Under the pieces are notes generated by a model. That model did no database searches, was not told where the DNA came from, and saw only the letters and a program-made list of their open reading frames with translations. From NCBI RefSeq assembly GCF_000621645.1, contig NZ_KK211325.1, forward strand, positions 1 through 25,778: a stretch of 25,778 nt of DNA. Reading direction: 5' to 3'. This document shows positions 14,201 to 22,861 of this stretch, piece by piece. The position numbers and the translations under genes were made by a program. Position 1 is the stretch's first letter. The number at the start of each line of letters is the position of its first letter. This stretch comes from Vibrio cholerae ATCC 14035. Lineage in GTDB: Bacteria; Pseudomonadota; Gammaproteobacteria; Enterobacterales; Vibrionaceae.

Positions 14201-14315
14201 TCGCTAGCGAACAAATTTTTAACACCGTTAAGGGTTGGACGCAATTTAAGCATTGATTTAAAAGTTAATAACTTGATCCCGCTTGCAAAGCCAACCGCTT
14301 TTGTGGGACAAACGA

Positions 14316-14324
14316 TGTTAGAAT
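14316..14324 (+). promoter_or_regulatory. Possible extended -10 promoter element for hemE
   Basis: TGT-TAGAAT (TGn plus TAGAAT at 14319-14324), about 40 nt upstream of the hemE ATG. Confidence 0.3.
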
Positions 14325-14363
14325 ACGCGCCAAAGTAAAGAAGCCGAAAAAGTGGGAATCACC

Positions 14364-15431
14364 ATGACTGAATTAAAAAATGATCGCTACCTGCGTGCTT
14401 TGCTCAAGCAGCCAGTCGATTACACTCCTGTATGGATGATGCGCCAAGCGGGGCGTTATCTCCCTGAATACCGTGCCACTCGTGCTCAAGCGGGTGATTT
14501 TATGGCGCTGTGCAAGAATGCAGAGTTGGCTTCAGAAGTGACTTTACAGCCGCTGCGACGTTTTCCGCTTGATGCTGCGATCCTGTTTTCTGATATTTTG
14601 ACGATTCCTGATGCGATGGGACTTGGGCTGCGTTTTGCGGCGGGCGAAGGACCGGTCTTTGAGCGTCCCATCACCTGCAAAGCCGATGTCGATAAGATTG
14701 GTATTCCCGATCCTGAAGGGGAATTGCAGTATGTGATGAACGCGGTGCGTCAAATTCGCAAAGATCTGCAAGGTGAAGTGCCGCTGATTGGTTTCTCTGG
14801 CAGTCCTTGGACGCTCGCCACTTATATGGTTGAAGGTGGCAGTTCAAAAGCCTTCACCAAAATCAAAAAGATGATGTACAGCGAGCCTACCGTGCTGCAT
14901 GCGCTGTTAGATAAATTAGCTGACAGTGTGATCAGCTACCTGAATGCTCAGATTAAAGCCGGCGCACAAGCGGTGATGGTATTTGATACTTGGGGCGGCG
15001 TGTTAACACCGCGTGATTATCAACAGTTCTCTTTGCAATACATGCACAAGATTGTCGATGGCTTGATTCGTGAAAACGAAGGCCGCCGTGTACCAGTCAC
15101 GCTGTTTACCAAAAATGGTGGCATGTGGCTGGAGCAGATCGCGGCTACAGGTTGTGATGCTGTGGGTTTAGATTGGACGATCAATATCGCCGACGCTAAA
15201 GCGCGTGTGGGAGATAAAGTGGCACTGCAAGGCAATATGGATCCTTCTATTCTGTATGCTCCTGCCCCACGAATTCGTGAAGAGGTGGCGAGTATTTTGG
15301 CTGGATTTGGCCAAGGTGGCACAGGCCACGTGTTCAACTTGGGGCATGGTATTCATTTGGACGTGCCGCCTGAAAATGCCGGTGTGTTTGTTGAAGCGGT
15401 GCATGAGCTTTCGAAGCCGTACCATCCATAG
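14364..15431 (+). CDS. hemE: Uroporphyrinogen decarboxylase
   Basis: [47 protein letters not shown]... is near-identical in its N-terminus to E. coli HemE; 355 aa. The track start at 14352 (GTG) adds 4 spurious residues. Confidence 0.97.
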
Positions 15432-15436
15432 TAAAC

Positions 15437-15470
15437 GTGAAAAGCGTCTGCAGGTCAGACGCTTTTCACA
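15437..15470 (+). terminator. Rho-independent terminator after hemE
   Basis: GTGAAAAGCGTCTG-CAGGT-CAGACGCTTTTCAC: a 14-bp stem whose 3' arm ends in TTTT. It lies 6 nt after the hemE stop. Confidence 0.75.
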
Positions 15471-15526
15471 TCTTGAGCCCGACTGTTTTATACTTCGGTA
15501 ATCCAGACAGAAAGACGAAGCGAATC

Positions 15527-16165
15527 ATGATGAAAACTAAGGATCGCATAGTGCATGCGGCACTTGAGCTGTTTAATCAGCAAGGTGAACGTAACATCAC
15601 GACTAACCATATCGCTGCTCATATTGAGATCAGCCCAGGTAATTTGTATTACCACTTTCGCAATAAGCAGGAGATAGTGCGTGATATTTTTGCGCTCTAC
15701 TCGGCGGAGCTGATTGAGCGTTTTACTCCGCTACAAGGTCAGTATGAGAGCCTTTCTCTACTCAAGCACTATTTGGATTCGATTTTCACTCTGATGTGGA
15801 AATACCGTTTTTTCTATGCCAATTTGCCGGAAATCTTGCAGCGCGATGAAGAGTTGCATGCTGACTACATTCGGGTTCAAGAACGATTACAGACCAATTT
15901 GATTGATATCGTGCGTAATTTTGTCAATCTGCAACTGCTGGAGTTGAATGAGGATGAGATGCCGAAACTGGTGCGGACTCTGCATCTGATTGCGTCTAGC
16001 TGGCTTGGTTATCAATCGGCGATGTCACACAAAACTCAGATCACGGAAGAGGTGATTCATCAAGGCATGTTGCAGATGATCTCGGTCGTTAAACCTTGTG
16101 CCACTAAGGCGGGGCGTGAACAGCTTCAACTGCTTGAAGAAGGTGTGCGAGCTATGCATGCCTGA
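15527..16165 (+). CDS. TetR/AcrR-family transcriptional regulator
   Basis: N-terminal HTH pattern DRIVHAALELFNQQGERNITTNHIAAHIEISPGNLYYHFRNKQEIV, followed by an all-helical C-terminal half. The start is set at ATG 15527 (MMKTKDRIV, 212 aa), because the track ORF start at 15437 lies inside the hemE terminator. Confidence 0.85.
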   Translation: MMKTKDRIVHAALELFNQQGERNITTNHIAAHIEISPGNLYYHFRNKQEIVRDIFALYSAELIERFTPLQGQYESLSLLKHYLDSIFTLMWKYRFFYANLPEILQRDEELHADYIRVQERLQTNLIDIVRNFVNLQLLELNEDEMPKLVRTLHLIASSWLGYQSAMSHKTQITEEVIHQGMLQMISVVKPCATKAGREQLQLLEEGVRAMHA

Positions 16166-16251
16166 GCATGAGTTATAACCAATCTGTCTTGGGCATGGAG
16201 CCGATTCGTTGCTAACTTCCTGAACATTTCCAGCCAGAAAGGAAGCTTTAC

Positions 16252-17211
16252 GTGGATTACGATGTATTTAATGGGGATGCTGATGGCATTCTTTCTCTTG
16301 TGCAATGGCGTCTAGTGCATCCTAAATCGACTCAGCTAGTCACGGGCGTTAAGCGCGATATTGCCTTACTCGAGCGACTGACGGTAACGGCTGGTGATGA
16401 GCTGGTGGTATTGGATATCTCCATGGCTAAAAATCAGCTTGGCTTGCAGCGAGCTTTGCAAGCGGGAGCCCATGTATTTTATGCCGACCATCATCAGCCC
16501 GGCGATATTCCTGCCCATTCTGCACTGCAAGCGCATATTGATACCGATGCCAATCTCTGTACGGCATTGATCATTGATCGGCTACTGAAAGGGCGTTTTC
16601 GTGACTGGGCGATAACAGCAGCGTTTGGCGATAACTTACACCGTGTGGCACACACTCTGGCGGAAGAAGCGGGATTCGATGCCGCACAAACCGATGCCCT
16701 TTGTGAATTAGGAACGCTGATTAACTACAATGGCTATGGCCGCACCGTATCTGAACTGCATTTCGCGCCTGATACGTTGTATCAAACTTTACTCGCTTAT
16801 CAAACACCGTGGGCTGTGCTGGCTGATCTCAACTCGCCTTTTTACCAATTACGCAGCGCTTATCAGCAAGATTTTGCTTTTGCCCTTGCGCAACCGGCTT
16901 ATTATCGGAGCTCAAGTGTCACCGTGGTGATCTTACCCGATTGTGCAGCAGCGCAGCGCGTGAGCGGCGCATTTGCCAATCATCTTGCTAATCAGGATAT
17001 GCAACGTGCGCATTTGATTGTGACGTATGCGGATGAGCAGCATTACACGCTCTCTTTACGTGCTCCCTTGAGCGATAAACGAGGCGCGGGAGCTTTGTGT
17101 GCCCAGTTTCCTTCTGGTGGGGGGCGAGAATCGGCCGGGGGAATCAATCAACTCCCCTATGCGCTGCTCGATAACGTGATTGCGGTTGTTGAGGCGTTTT
17201 ACGCCTCTTAG
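16252..17211 (+). CDS. DHH/DHHA1-like phosphoesterase family protein, function unknown
   Basis: 319 aa, GTG start with GAAAGGAAG SD. Motifs appear in canonical DHH order: DYDVFNGDADG (motif I), VVLDIS (II), YADHHQP (III), then near the C-terminus GGGRESAGG, which resembles the DHHA1 GGGH..AAG motif. Assignment is by motif reading only. Confidence 0.6.
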   Translation: MDYDVFNGDADGILSLVQWRLVHPKSTQLVTGVKRDIALLERLTVTAGDELVVLDISMAKNQLGLQRALQAGAHVFYADHHQPGDIPAHSALQAHIDTDANLCTALIIDRLLKGRFRDWAITAAFGDNLHRVAHTLAEEAGFDAAQTDALCELGTLINYNGYGRTVSELHFAPDTLYQTLLAYQTPWAVLADLNSPFYQLRSAYQQDFAFALAQPAYYRSSSVTVVILPDCAAAQRVSGAFANHLANQDMQRAHLIVTYADEQHYTLSLRAPLSDKRGAGALCAQFPSGGGRESAGGINQLPYALLDNVIAVVEAFYAS

Positions 17212-18356
17212 CGCTGTAACCACTGCGAAGGGTTTTCCGCGCGGCTATTACGACGGATTTCAAAGTAGAGGGCAGGGCGTGATTGACCACCAGTATCACC
17301 CGCAAGAGCAATGGTTTCACCTGCGATAACTTTGTCGCCCTCTTTCTTGAGCAGAGTTTGGTTGAAGCCATACAGTGTCATATCACCTTTGCCGTGGTCG
17401 AGGAGCACAACCAAGCCATAACCTCGCAGATACTCGGCAAACACGATCGTGCCCGGATAAACCGCTTTGACCTCTTGGCCGTAATTGGCATCAATGACCA
17501 AACCTTTCCAATCAATCTGCCCAGTTTGGCGTTCACCGAAGTTATGTAGCACACGCCCTTTCAGTGGCCACGGTAGCTTACCGCGTTGGCTCGCAATGCC
17601 ATTCATCAATACTGCATTGCGTTTGGCGGCTTTGGCTATTTCAGCTTTGAGGCGCGTTTCGTTGCGCTGCAATTCGGCAAGGTAGACTTTGTCGCCGGAA
17701 ATGCTGCTCTCAATTTTCTTTACGGTTTGCTTACGCTCACTTTGCGTTTTAGCCAGTTTGTCTCGCTGTTGGGTCTGCTCTGCCAGTAATTTCTCAATCT
17801 GTTCACGCTCAGCTTGTCTCTGCTGTTGACTGGCATTGAGATCGGCTTGGGTTTTTTCTAAAGCTTCGATAGCTTGCGCGCGGCTTTTTGCCAAATGTTG
17901 ATAGTACTGGCTGATGCGGTCTTCATCGGCACTGCGATGAAAAAATTGACCATTCGTCAGTGAGCGTTTAGTGAGATAGTAGGTCTGCAGTAGGCGTTCG
18001 AGTTTATCGGCTTGTTGCTGTTTCTGAGTTTCCAGCGCCTGAATATTACTATTGAGCTGAGCAATGTTGCGATTGGCATTCTCCAGATCGTTTTTGGTTT
18101 TCGTGATCTGATTTTCGATACTGTTGATGCCAAGCTCTTGTTGTTTAAGGGCTTGTTGTAGTTGGTCGAGCGATTTTTGTTGTTCGGCCAGTGATTGTTG
18201 TTGGCGAGATATTTCACTTTTTACCCCCGTTAACTCCTGTTGCGTAGCCGCAAAGAGCGACGGCGAAACCATAAATAACAGGCAGACCAGCAGACGTCGG
18301 GTCAAGGTTTTTCCTAGAAAGTCACTGAAAATCGCGTGCGGATCCGTTGCTGTCAT
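17208..18356 (-). CDS. envC: Murein hydrolase activator EnvC (coiled-coil plus degenerate LytM/M23 domain)
   Basis: Signal peptide LLVCLLFMVSPSLFAATQQ, then a long Gln-rich coiled coil. The C-terminal segment WPLKGRVLHNFGERQ...GYGLVVLLDHGKGDMTLYGFNQ...RPALYFEIRR is collinear with E. coli EnvC. The canonical M23 HxH is replaced (ALY). It lies downstream of gpmI, as in E. coli gpmM-envC. Confidence 0.88.
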   Translation of the reverse strand: MTATDPHAIFSDFLGKTLTRRLLVCLLFMVSPSLFAATQQELTGVKSEISRQQQSLAEQQKSLDQLQQALKQQELGINSIENQITKTKNDLENANRNIAQLNSNIQALETQKQQQADKLERLLQTYYLTKRSLTNGQFFHRSADEDRISQYYQHLAKSRAQAIEALEKTQADLNASQQQRQAEREQIEKLLAEQTQQRDKLAKTQSERKQTVKKIESSISGDKVYLAELQRNETRLKAEIAKAAKRNAVLMNGIASQRGKLPWPLKGRVLHNFGERQTGQIDWKGLVIDANYGQEVKAVYPGTIVFAEYLRGYGLVVLLDHGKGDMTLYGFNQTLLKKEGDKVIAGETIALAGDTGGQSRPALYFEIRRNSRAENPSQWLQR

Positions 18357-18477
18357 TGAGTTTGGTCTAGTGTTAGTGAATAAAAAACGGGTGCTTCAGT
18401 ATACCCAAAGCTTGGCATCAGGCGAGCCTGTGATGTCAAAAGTTTGCAATTCTCATCGCACTCGGTGGGAAATGCGT

Positions 18478-18504
18478 ATAAAAAAGCCCTGAGTATTCAG
18501 GGCT
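18478..18504 (-). terminator. Rho-independent terminator after gpmI
   Basis: On the minus strand, AGCCCTGA-ATAC-TCAGGGCT is followed by TTTTTT. It lies 21 nt after the gpmI stop. Confidence 0.75.
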
Positions 18505-18524
18505 TTCATCATCATCGAGTCAGC

Positions 18525-20057
18525 TTAGCTGTACAGCACTTGGCCTGACATGTCTGCTGGAATATCCAGATCCGACAGCGCCAACATGGTTGGAGCTAGA
18601 TCCGATAGCTTTCCGCCTTCTTTTAGGCTGATCGCTTTGTTGCCGACATAGATAAGTGGTACAGGTAGGCTAGTGTGCGCTGTGTGTACGCCGCCCGTTT
18701 CTGGGTCAATCATCATTTCCGCGTTGCCGTGGTCAGCGGTGATCAGCAGTTGACCATCCACTTCTTTGATGGCTTCAACCACACGACCAATACACTCGTC
18801 TACGGCTTCACACGCTTTCACTGCAGCTTCGTAAACGCCAGTGTGACCGACCATGTCGCCGTTTGGATAGTTACAGATGATCGCATCGTATTTGCCTGAT
18901 TTGATCGCTGCAACTAGCTTGTCAGTCAGCTCTTTAGAGCTCATTTCTGGTTGTAGGTCGTAGGTGGCTACTTTTGGTGAAGCCACCAGTTGACGCTCTT
19001 CGCCTGGGAATTCATTTTCAACGCCGCCGTTGAAGAAGAAGGTTACGTGCGCGTATTTCTCGGTTTCAGAAATACGTAGCTGAGTTTTACCCGCTTTTGA
19101 TAGCCACTCACCGTAAGTGTTTTCCAGTGACGCTGGACCAAACGCACACTGGAGTGGGATATCTGCTGCGTATTGAGTCAGCATCACAAAATCCAGCGCT
19201 GGGAAGGCTTTGCGGCTAAAGCCTGCGAAATCAGGCACGAAAGTACGGGTGATTTGACGCGCGCGGTCAGCACGGTAGTTCATGAACAGCAGGGCATCGC
19301 CATCTTGCATCGCGGCAGATTCTTGACCCGCTGCGCGGATTTCGGTTGCTTTCACAAACTCATCGTTTTCTTCACGAGCGTAAGCCGCTTGCAGTGCTTC
19401 AACCGCTGAGTCATAAGTAAACTCACCTTGCGCCAGAGTCAGCAGGTCATAGGCTTTTTCAACGCGATCCCAGTTGTTGTCACGATCCATGGCGTAGTAA
19501 CGACCCACGATAGAAGCGATACGGCCTTTACCCAGTTTGGCAAACAGATCTTGGAAGCGTTTCAGTGACGCTTCTGCGCTACGTGGTGGTGTGTCACGAC
19601 CGTCAAGGAAGCAGTGCAGGTAGATTTTTTCTGCGCCACGTGCGGCCGCCATTTCTACTGCTGCGTAGATGTGGTCTTCGTGTGAGTGTACGCCACCTGG
19701 AGACATCAGACCCATCAGGTGAACCGCTTTGCCCGCAGCAACTGCTTTATCAATGGCTGCCACCAGAACTTTGTTGTGTTGGAATTCACCATCCATGATC
19801 GCTTTGGTGATGCGAGTTAGGTCTTGGTAAACAATACGGCCAGCACCGATGTTGGTATGACCCACTTCTGAGTTACCCATTTGACCATCAGGTAGACCTA
19901 CGTCCATACCAGAAGCAGAAATCAGAGTGTGAGGGTTGTTGGCCATTAGGCTATCCATCACAGGTGTACGCGCATTATTGATCGCGTTATTTGCGTTGTC
20001 TTCGCGGTAACCCCAACCATCTAGGATCACCAGAGCCATTGGCTTCTTAGCTGACAT
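18525..20057 (-). CDS. gpmI: 2,3-bisphosphoglycerate-independent phosphoglycerate mutase
   Basis: 510 aa. [19 protein letters not shown]...[14 protein letters not shown] (catalytic Ser region)...ITADHGNAE, the classic iPGM sequence. Confidence 0.97.
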   Translation of the reverse strand: MSAKKPMALVILDGWGYREDNANNAINNARTPVMDSLMANNPHTLISASGMDVGLPDGQMGNSEVGHTNIGAGRIVYQDLTRITKAIMDGEFQHNKVLVAAIDKAVAAGKAVHLMGLMSPGGVHSHEDHIYAAVEMAAARGAEKIYLHCFLDGRDTPPRSAEASLKRFQDLFAKLGKGRIASIVGRYYAMDRDNNWDRVEKAYDLLTLAQGEFTYDSAVEALQAAYAREENDEFVKATEIRAAGQESAAMQDGDALLFMNYRADRARQITRTFVPDFAGFSRKAFPALDFVMLTQYAADIPLQCAFGPASLENTYGEWLSKAGKTQLRISETEKYAHVTFFFNGGVENEFPGEERQLVASPKVATYDLQPEMSSKELTDKLVAAIKSGKYDAIICNYPNGDMVGHTGVYEAAVKACEAVDECIGRVVEAIKEVDGQLLITADHGNAEMMIDPETGGVHTAHTSLPVPLIYVGNKAISLKEGGKLSDLAPTMLALSDLDIPADMSGQVLYS

Positions 20058-20199
20058 AGTTCTAACCTCGTCAAAATCAAAATAACTGAAACGTAAAATT
20101 AGCGTAATTTTACTACAATCTAGACGTTTTGCATCCGGTTAAGATCAATGATTCTCTCTATCAATGCAAGTAAATGTAGCCTATTGATCAAAATCGCGT

Positions 20200-21087
20200 T
20201 TAAGACACCAACAAGCTGGTGCCCCCAACGGCAAGGATAGCCCCTAACCAAGCATAGCGGTTTGGACACTGTTTAGTGTAGATCCAAAGCAGTGGTAGTA
20301 GCATGATGGGTGTGGTGGAAGAGAGCAGTGCGACCATGCCGACATTCCCCTCACGCAGAGCGTAGAGGATCAGCGTCATACCAACCGCCATGGCAATAAA
20401 GCCGTTGAGTGCCGTGACCAAAAAGATATTGAGCGTGATGATTTGTGTAGGACGAGCAATGCGTGCGCCGGTTAAACGCAGTAAAGAGTGAGCCGCAAAG
20501 GCGGTGATCATCCGCATCGCAGAGGCAGCAATCGGATCGATCTCTGTTTGCATCACGGGTTTGGCAATAATGCCCCCGAGGGCTTGGCATAAGGCGGCGG
20601 TTAAGCCGAGTCCAATTCCAACCCACACACTGCCATTGATGCTATCCAAACTAGGCCCAGTTTGCCCACGGCGACCAAAGAAAATCGCCATCAGAACGCC
20701 GCTAAACACTAAAGTAGAGCCGAATAGCTCTTGCTTGGTCATGCTTTCACTAAACAGGAAATAACCGAGCACGGCAGAAAACACCGCATGACAGGAGAAG
20801 AGTAAGCCGGACTGCCTTGGCCCCATGCGATTCAGGCAAGCAAAAAGCGCGGTATCACCGATGAAAATTCCAATAAACCCCGACAACATCATGGCTGGAA
20901 TCGCACTGCTGTGTACGGTTGACCAACCTCCGCTGAAGAGGGCAATGGTGGTTAAGATGACGGAGGTACACCCCATACGCCAGCGGCTATAAGCAAAAGA
21001 GCCGAGGTGTTTCGCGGGAGTGATAGAAAGTAAACTGGCGATAGCCCAAAGACAGGCTGCGGCAAGTGCCAGCCATTCGTAACCCAT
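20200..21087 (-). CDS. EamA/DMT-superfamily permease
   Basis: About 10 predicted TM segments in a two-fold repeat, MGYEWLALAAACLWAIASLL... The start is set at ATG 21087 (AAGGA SD with 7-nt spacing, 295 aa) rather than the track start at 21141. Confidence 0.8.
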   Translation of the reverse strand: MGYEWLALAAACLWAIASLLSITPAKHLGSFAYSRWRMGCTSVILTTIALFSGGWSTVHSSAIPAMMLSGFIGIFIGDTALFACLNRMGPRQSGLLFSCHAVFSAVLGYFLFSESMTKQELFGSTLVFSGVLMAIFFGRRGQTGPSLDSINGSVWVGIGLGLTAALCQALGGIIAKPVMQTEIDPIAASAMRMITAFAAHSLLRLTGARIARPTQIITLNIFLVTALNGFIAMAVGMTLILYALREGNVGMVALLSSTTPIMLLPLLWIYTKQCPNRYAWLGAILAVGGTSLLVS

Positions 21088-21178
21088 TGCGTCATCCTTG
21101 CGGTTGGGAGTGATGAGGGCACTCAATATGCCATTAAGCAATCAGGAAAACAAAAGCAATTTCAGTGCGATTAGAAGG

Positions 21179-21218
21179 TTCACAGCTTGCTATCTCGAGA
21201 GTGATGACAAGCTGTGAA
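21179..21218 (-). repeat. 11-bp perfect inverted repeat downstream of the DASS gene (possible weak terminator or processing hairpin)
   Basis: TTCACAGCTTG (21179-21189) and CAAGCTGTGAA (21208-21218) with an 18-nt loop containing CTCGAG. No immediate U-run follows on the minus strand. Confidence 0.35.
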
Positions 21219-21238
21219 AGAGGGGAGGAAGAGGGAGT

Positions 21239-22654
21239 TTATCCGAGTAGGAACACCATCAGATAAACGATGCCAAGCCCAATCCCCCCAATGACTAAAC
21301 CCGTTTTTGCCATATCTTTGCTTTCGATAAGCCCCGTTGAGTAAGCAAGCGAGTTGGGCGGTGTCGAAACGGGCAAAATCATCCCCAGTGACGCGGAAAA
21401 AGCGACCACGACTAACAGCGCTTGTAAGCCGCCGACTTGCTCAAGGCTACTCATCGAAGTACCAATCGCAGCGGCAATCGGCATGATCAAGTTGGCAGTC
21501 GCCGTGTTAGACATAAAGTTGGCCATTAGCCAGCACACCAACGAAAGAGCAATCACAATCAGCATAGGTGAGAGAGATTGATAGTCGATGGAGTGCGCTA
21601 ACGCTTGGGCGAGTCCCGTCTGTTCAAGGCCGATACCAATCGCGATCCCACCGGCAACTAACCACAGCACATCCCAGTTGATCTGTTTCAGCTCTTCTTT
21701 GCCCATGATGCCAGTGAGGGTGAACACGGCCAGTGGAATAATCGCCACCACATAAGTGTTCATACCATGCCATGAGGTGGTCATCCACAGCACTATGGTT
21801 AAAGCAAACGTGATGTAGACCAGCATGGCACGCCAGCCGCGTTGAAATTCGCCTTTGAGTTTCAAGGTCATTGTGGCTTGTGAGGAGGGGAAAAGCTTTT
21901 GCAGTAAGAACCAAGCGATGGTCAGTTGTACCAGTACGAACGGCAATCCCATCATCATCCATGACAGAAAATCAATGCTGTTTTCGCCCGTTAGATACTG
22001 CAGTGCGATAGCGTTAGGTGGCGTGCCGATCGGGGTTGCGATGCCCCCTGTGTTGGCCGCAATCGGAATGCATACCACCAGAGCTTTGATGCCTAAATCC
22101 CCTTTGGGGGCAGACGCAACAATAGGGCCAAGCAGCGCCAACATCATCACTGTGGTCGCTGTGTTGGACATAAACATCGAGAAAACTGAGGTGATCAGCA
22201 TTAACCCGAGCATGATGTACTTAGGCTGGTGGCCAAAAGGTTTGAGTAGCACTCGTGCTAAGTTGTTATCCAATTCGTATTTAGATGCGGCGATGGCTAA
22301 AGCAAAACCGCCCATAAACAAAATGATAATGGGAGAGGAGAAGGCACTGAAAATATCGGTGTATTTAAGGAGTTCACCGAGCGGATGATGCGGATCGGGC
22401 ACTCGAAAGCCATGCAAGCCTTTATCGGAAATCATGACGAGTTCAAGGGCAATGATCAGGATCGACGTGGCAAACACAGGAACAGGCTCCAACACCCACA
22501 GCAGTGCAGCAAGAAGGAAAATGGCCAGTAAACGGTGTTGAACCAAGGTGAGATCTTGAATCGGGATTGCATCAATCGGCATCAATAGTACGCCCAACGG
22601 CAGTAAGAAACAGATCAGGAGTTTGACGAGTAGACCTCGTTCCAGTTGCGGCAT
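21239..22654 (-). CDS. Divalent anion:Na+ symporter (DASS/SLC13) family transporter
   Basis: A polytopic membrane protein with two hairpin-tip SNT motifs (FMSNTATTVMM and FMSNTATANLIMPI), typical of DASS carriers. The start is set at ATG 22654 (GAGGGA SD, 471 aa). The track ORF uses TTG at 22675. Confidence 0.85.
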   Translation of the reverse strand: MPQLERGLLVKLLICFLLPLGVLLMPIDAIPIQDLTLVQHRLLAIFLLAALLWVLEPVPVFATSILIIALELVMISDKGLHGFRVPDPHHPLGELLKYTDIFSAFSSPIIILFMGGFALAIAASKYELDNNLARVLLKPFGHQPKYIMLGLMLITSVFSMFMSNTATTVMMLALLGPIVASAPKGDLGIKALVVCIPIAANTGGIATPIGTPPNAIALQYLTGENSIDFLSWMMMGLPFVLVQLTIAWFLLQKLFPSSQATMTLKLKGEFQRGWRAMLVYITFALTIVLWMTTSWHGMNTYVVAIIPLAVFTLTGIMGKEELKQINWDVLWLVAGGIAIGIGLEQTGLAQALAHSIDYQSLSPMLIVIALSLVCWLMANFMSNTATANLIMPIAAAIGTSMSSLEQVGGLQALLVVVAFSASLGMILPVSTPPNSLAYSTGLIESKDMAKTGLVIGGIGLGIVYLMVFLLG

Positions 22655-22773
22655 GGGCTTTCCCTCTTGGCTCAAGTGAAAGCTTAGAGTAAGCGACTGA
22701 AATCTATGGGTCTTAGAGGGCGGTTAAATTTTTGGGTTTTGCTATCAGTGACAGTGCAGATGTGTGGCGAGCT

Positions 22774-22810
22774 TCAAAAGACAACATCCCAGCCGAAGCT
22801 GGGATGTTGA
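22774..22810 (-). terminator. Rho-independent terminator after psd
   Basis: On the minus strand, CAACATCCCAGC-TTCG-GCTGGGATGTTG (a 12-bp stem) is followed by TCTTTTG. Confidence 0.7.
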
Positions 22811-22861
22811 GTCTTCCGACTTGAAGCAGCGTTGGTGTTGGCTGCAACTCTAAGTCGTATA

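Noticed and set aside
21855-22388. 177-aa plus-strand ORF antisense to the DASS transporter
   Set aside because: It has no start context or SD and no domain-like sequence, and it is fully nested in a well-supported membrane protein gene on the other strand.
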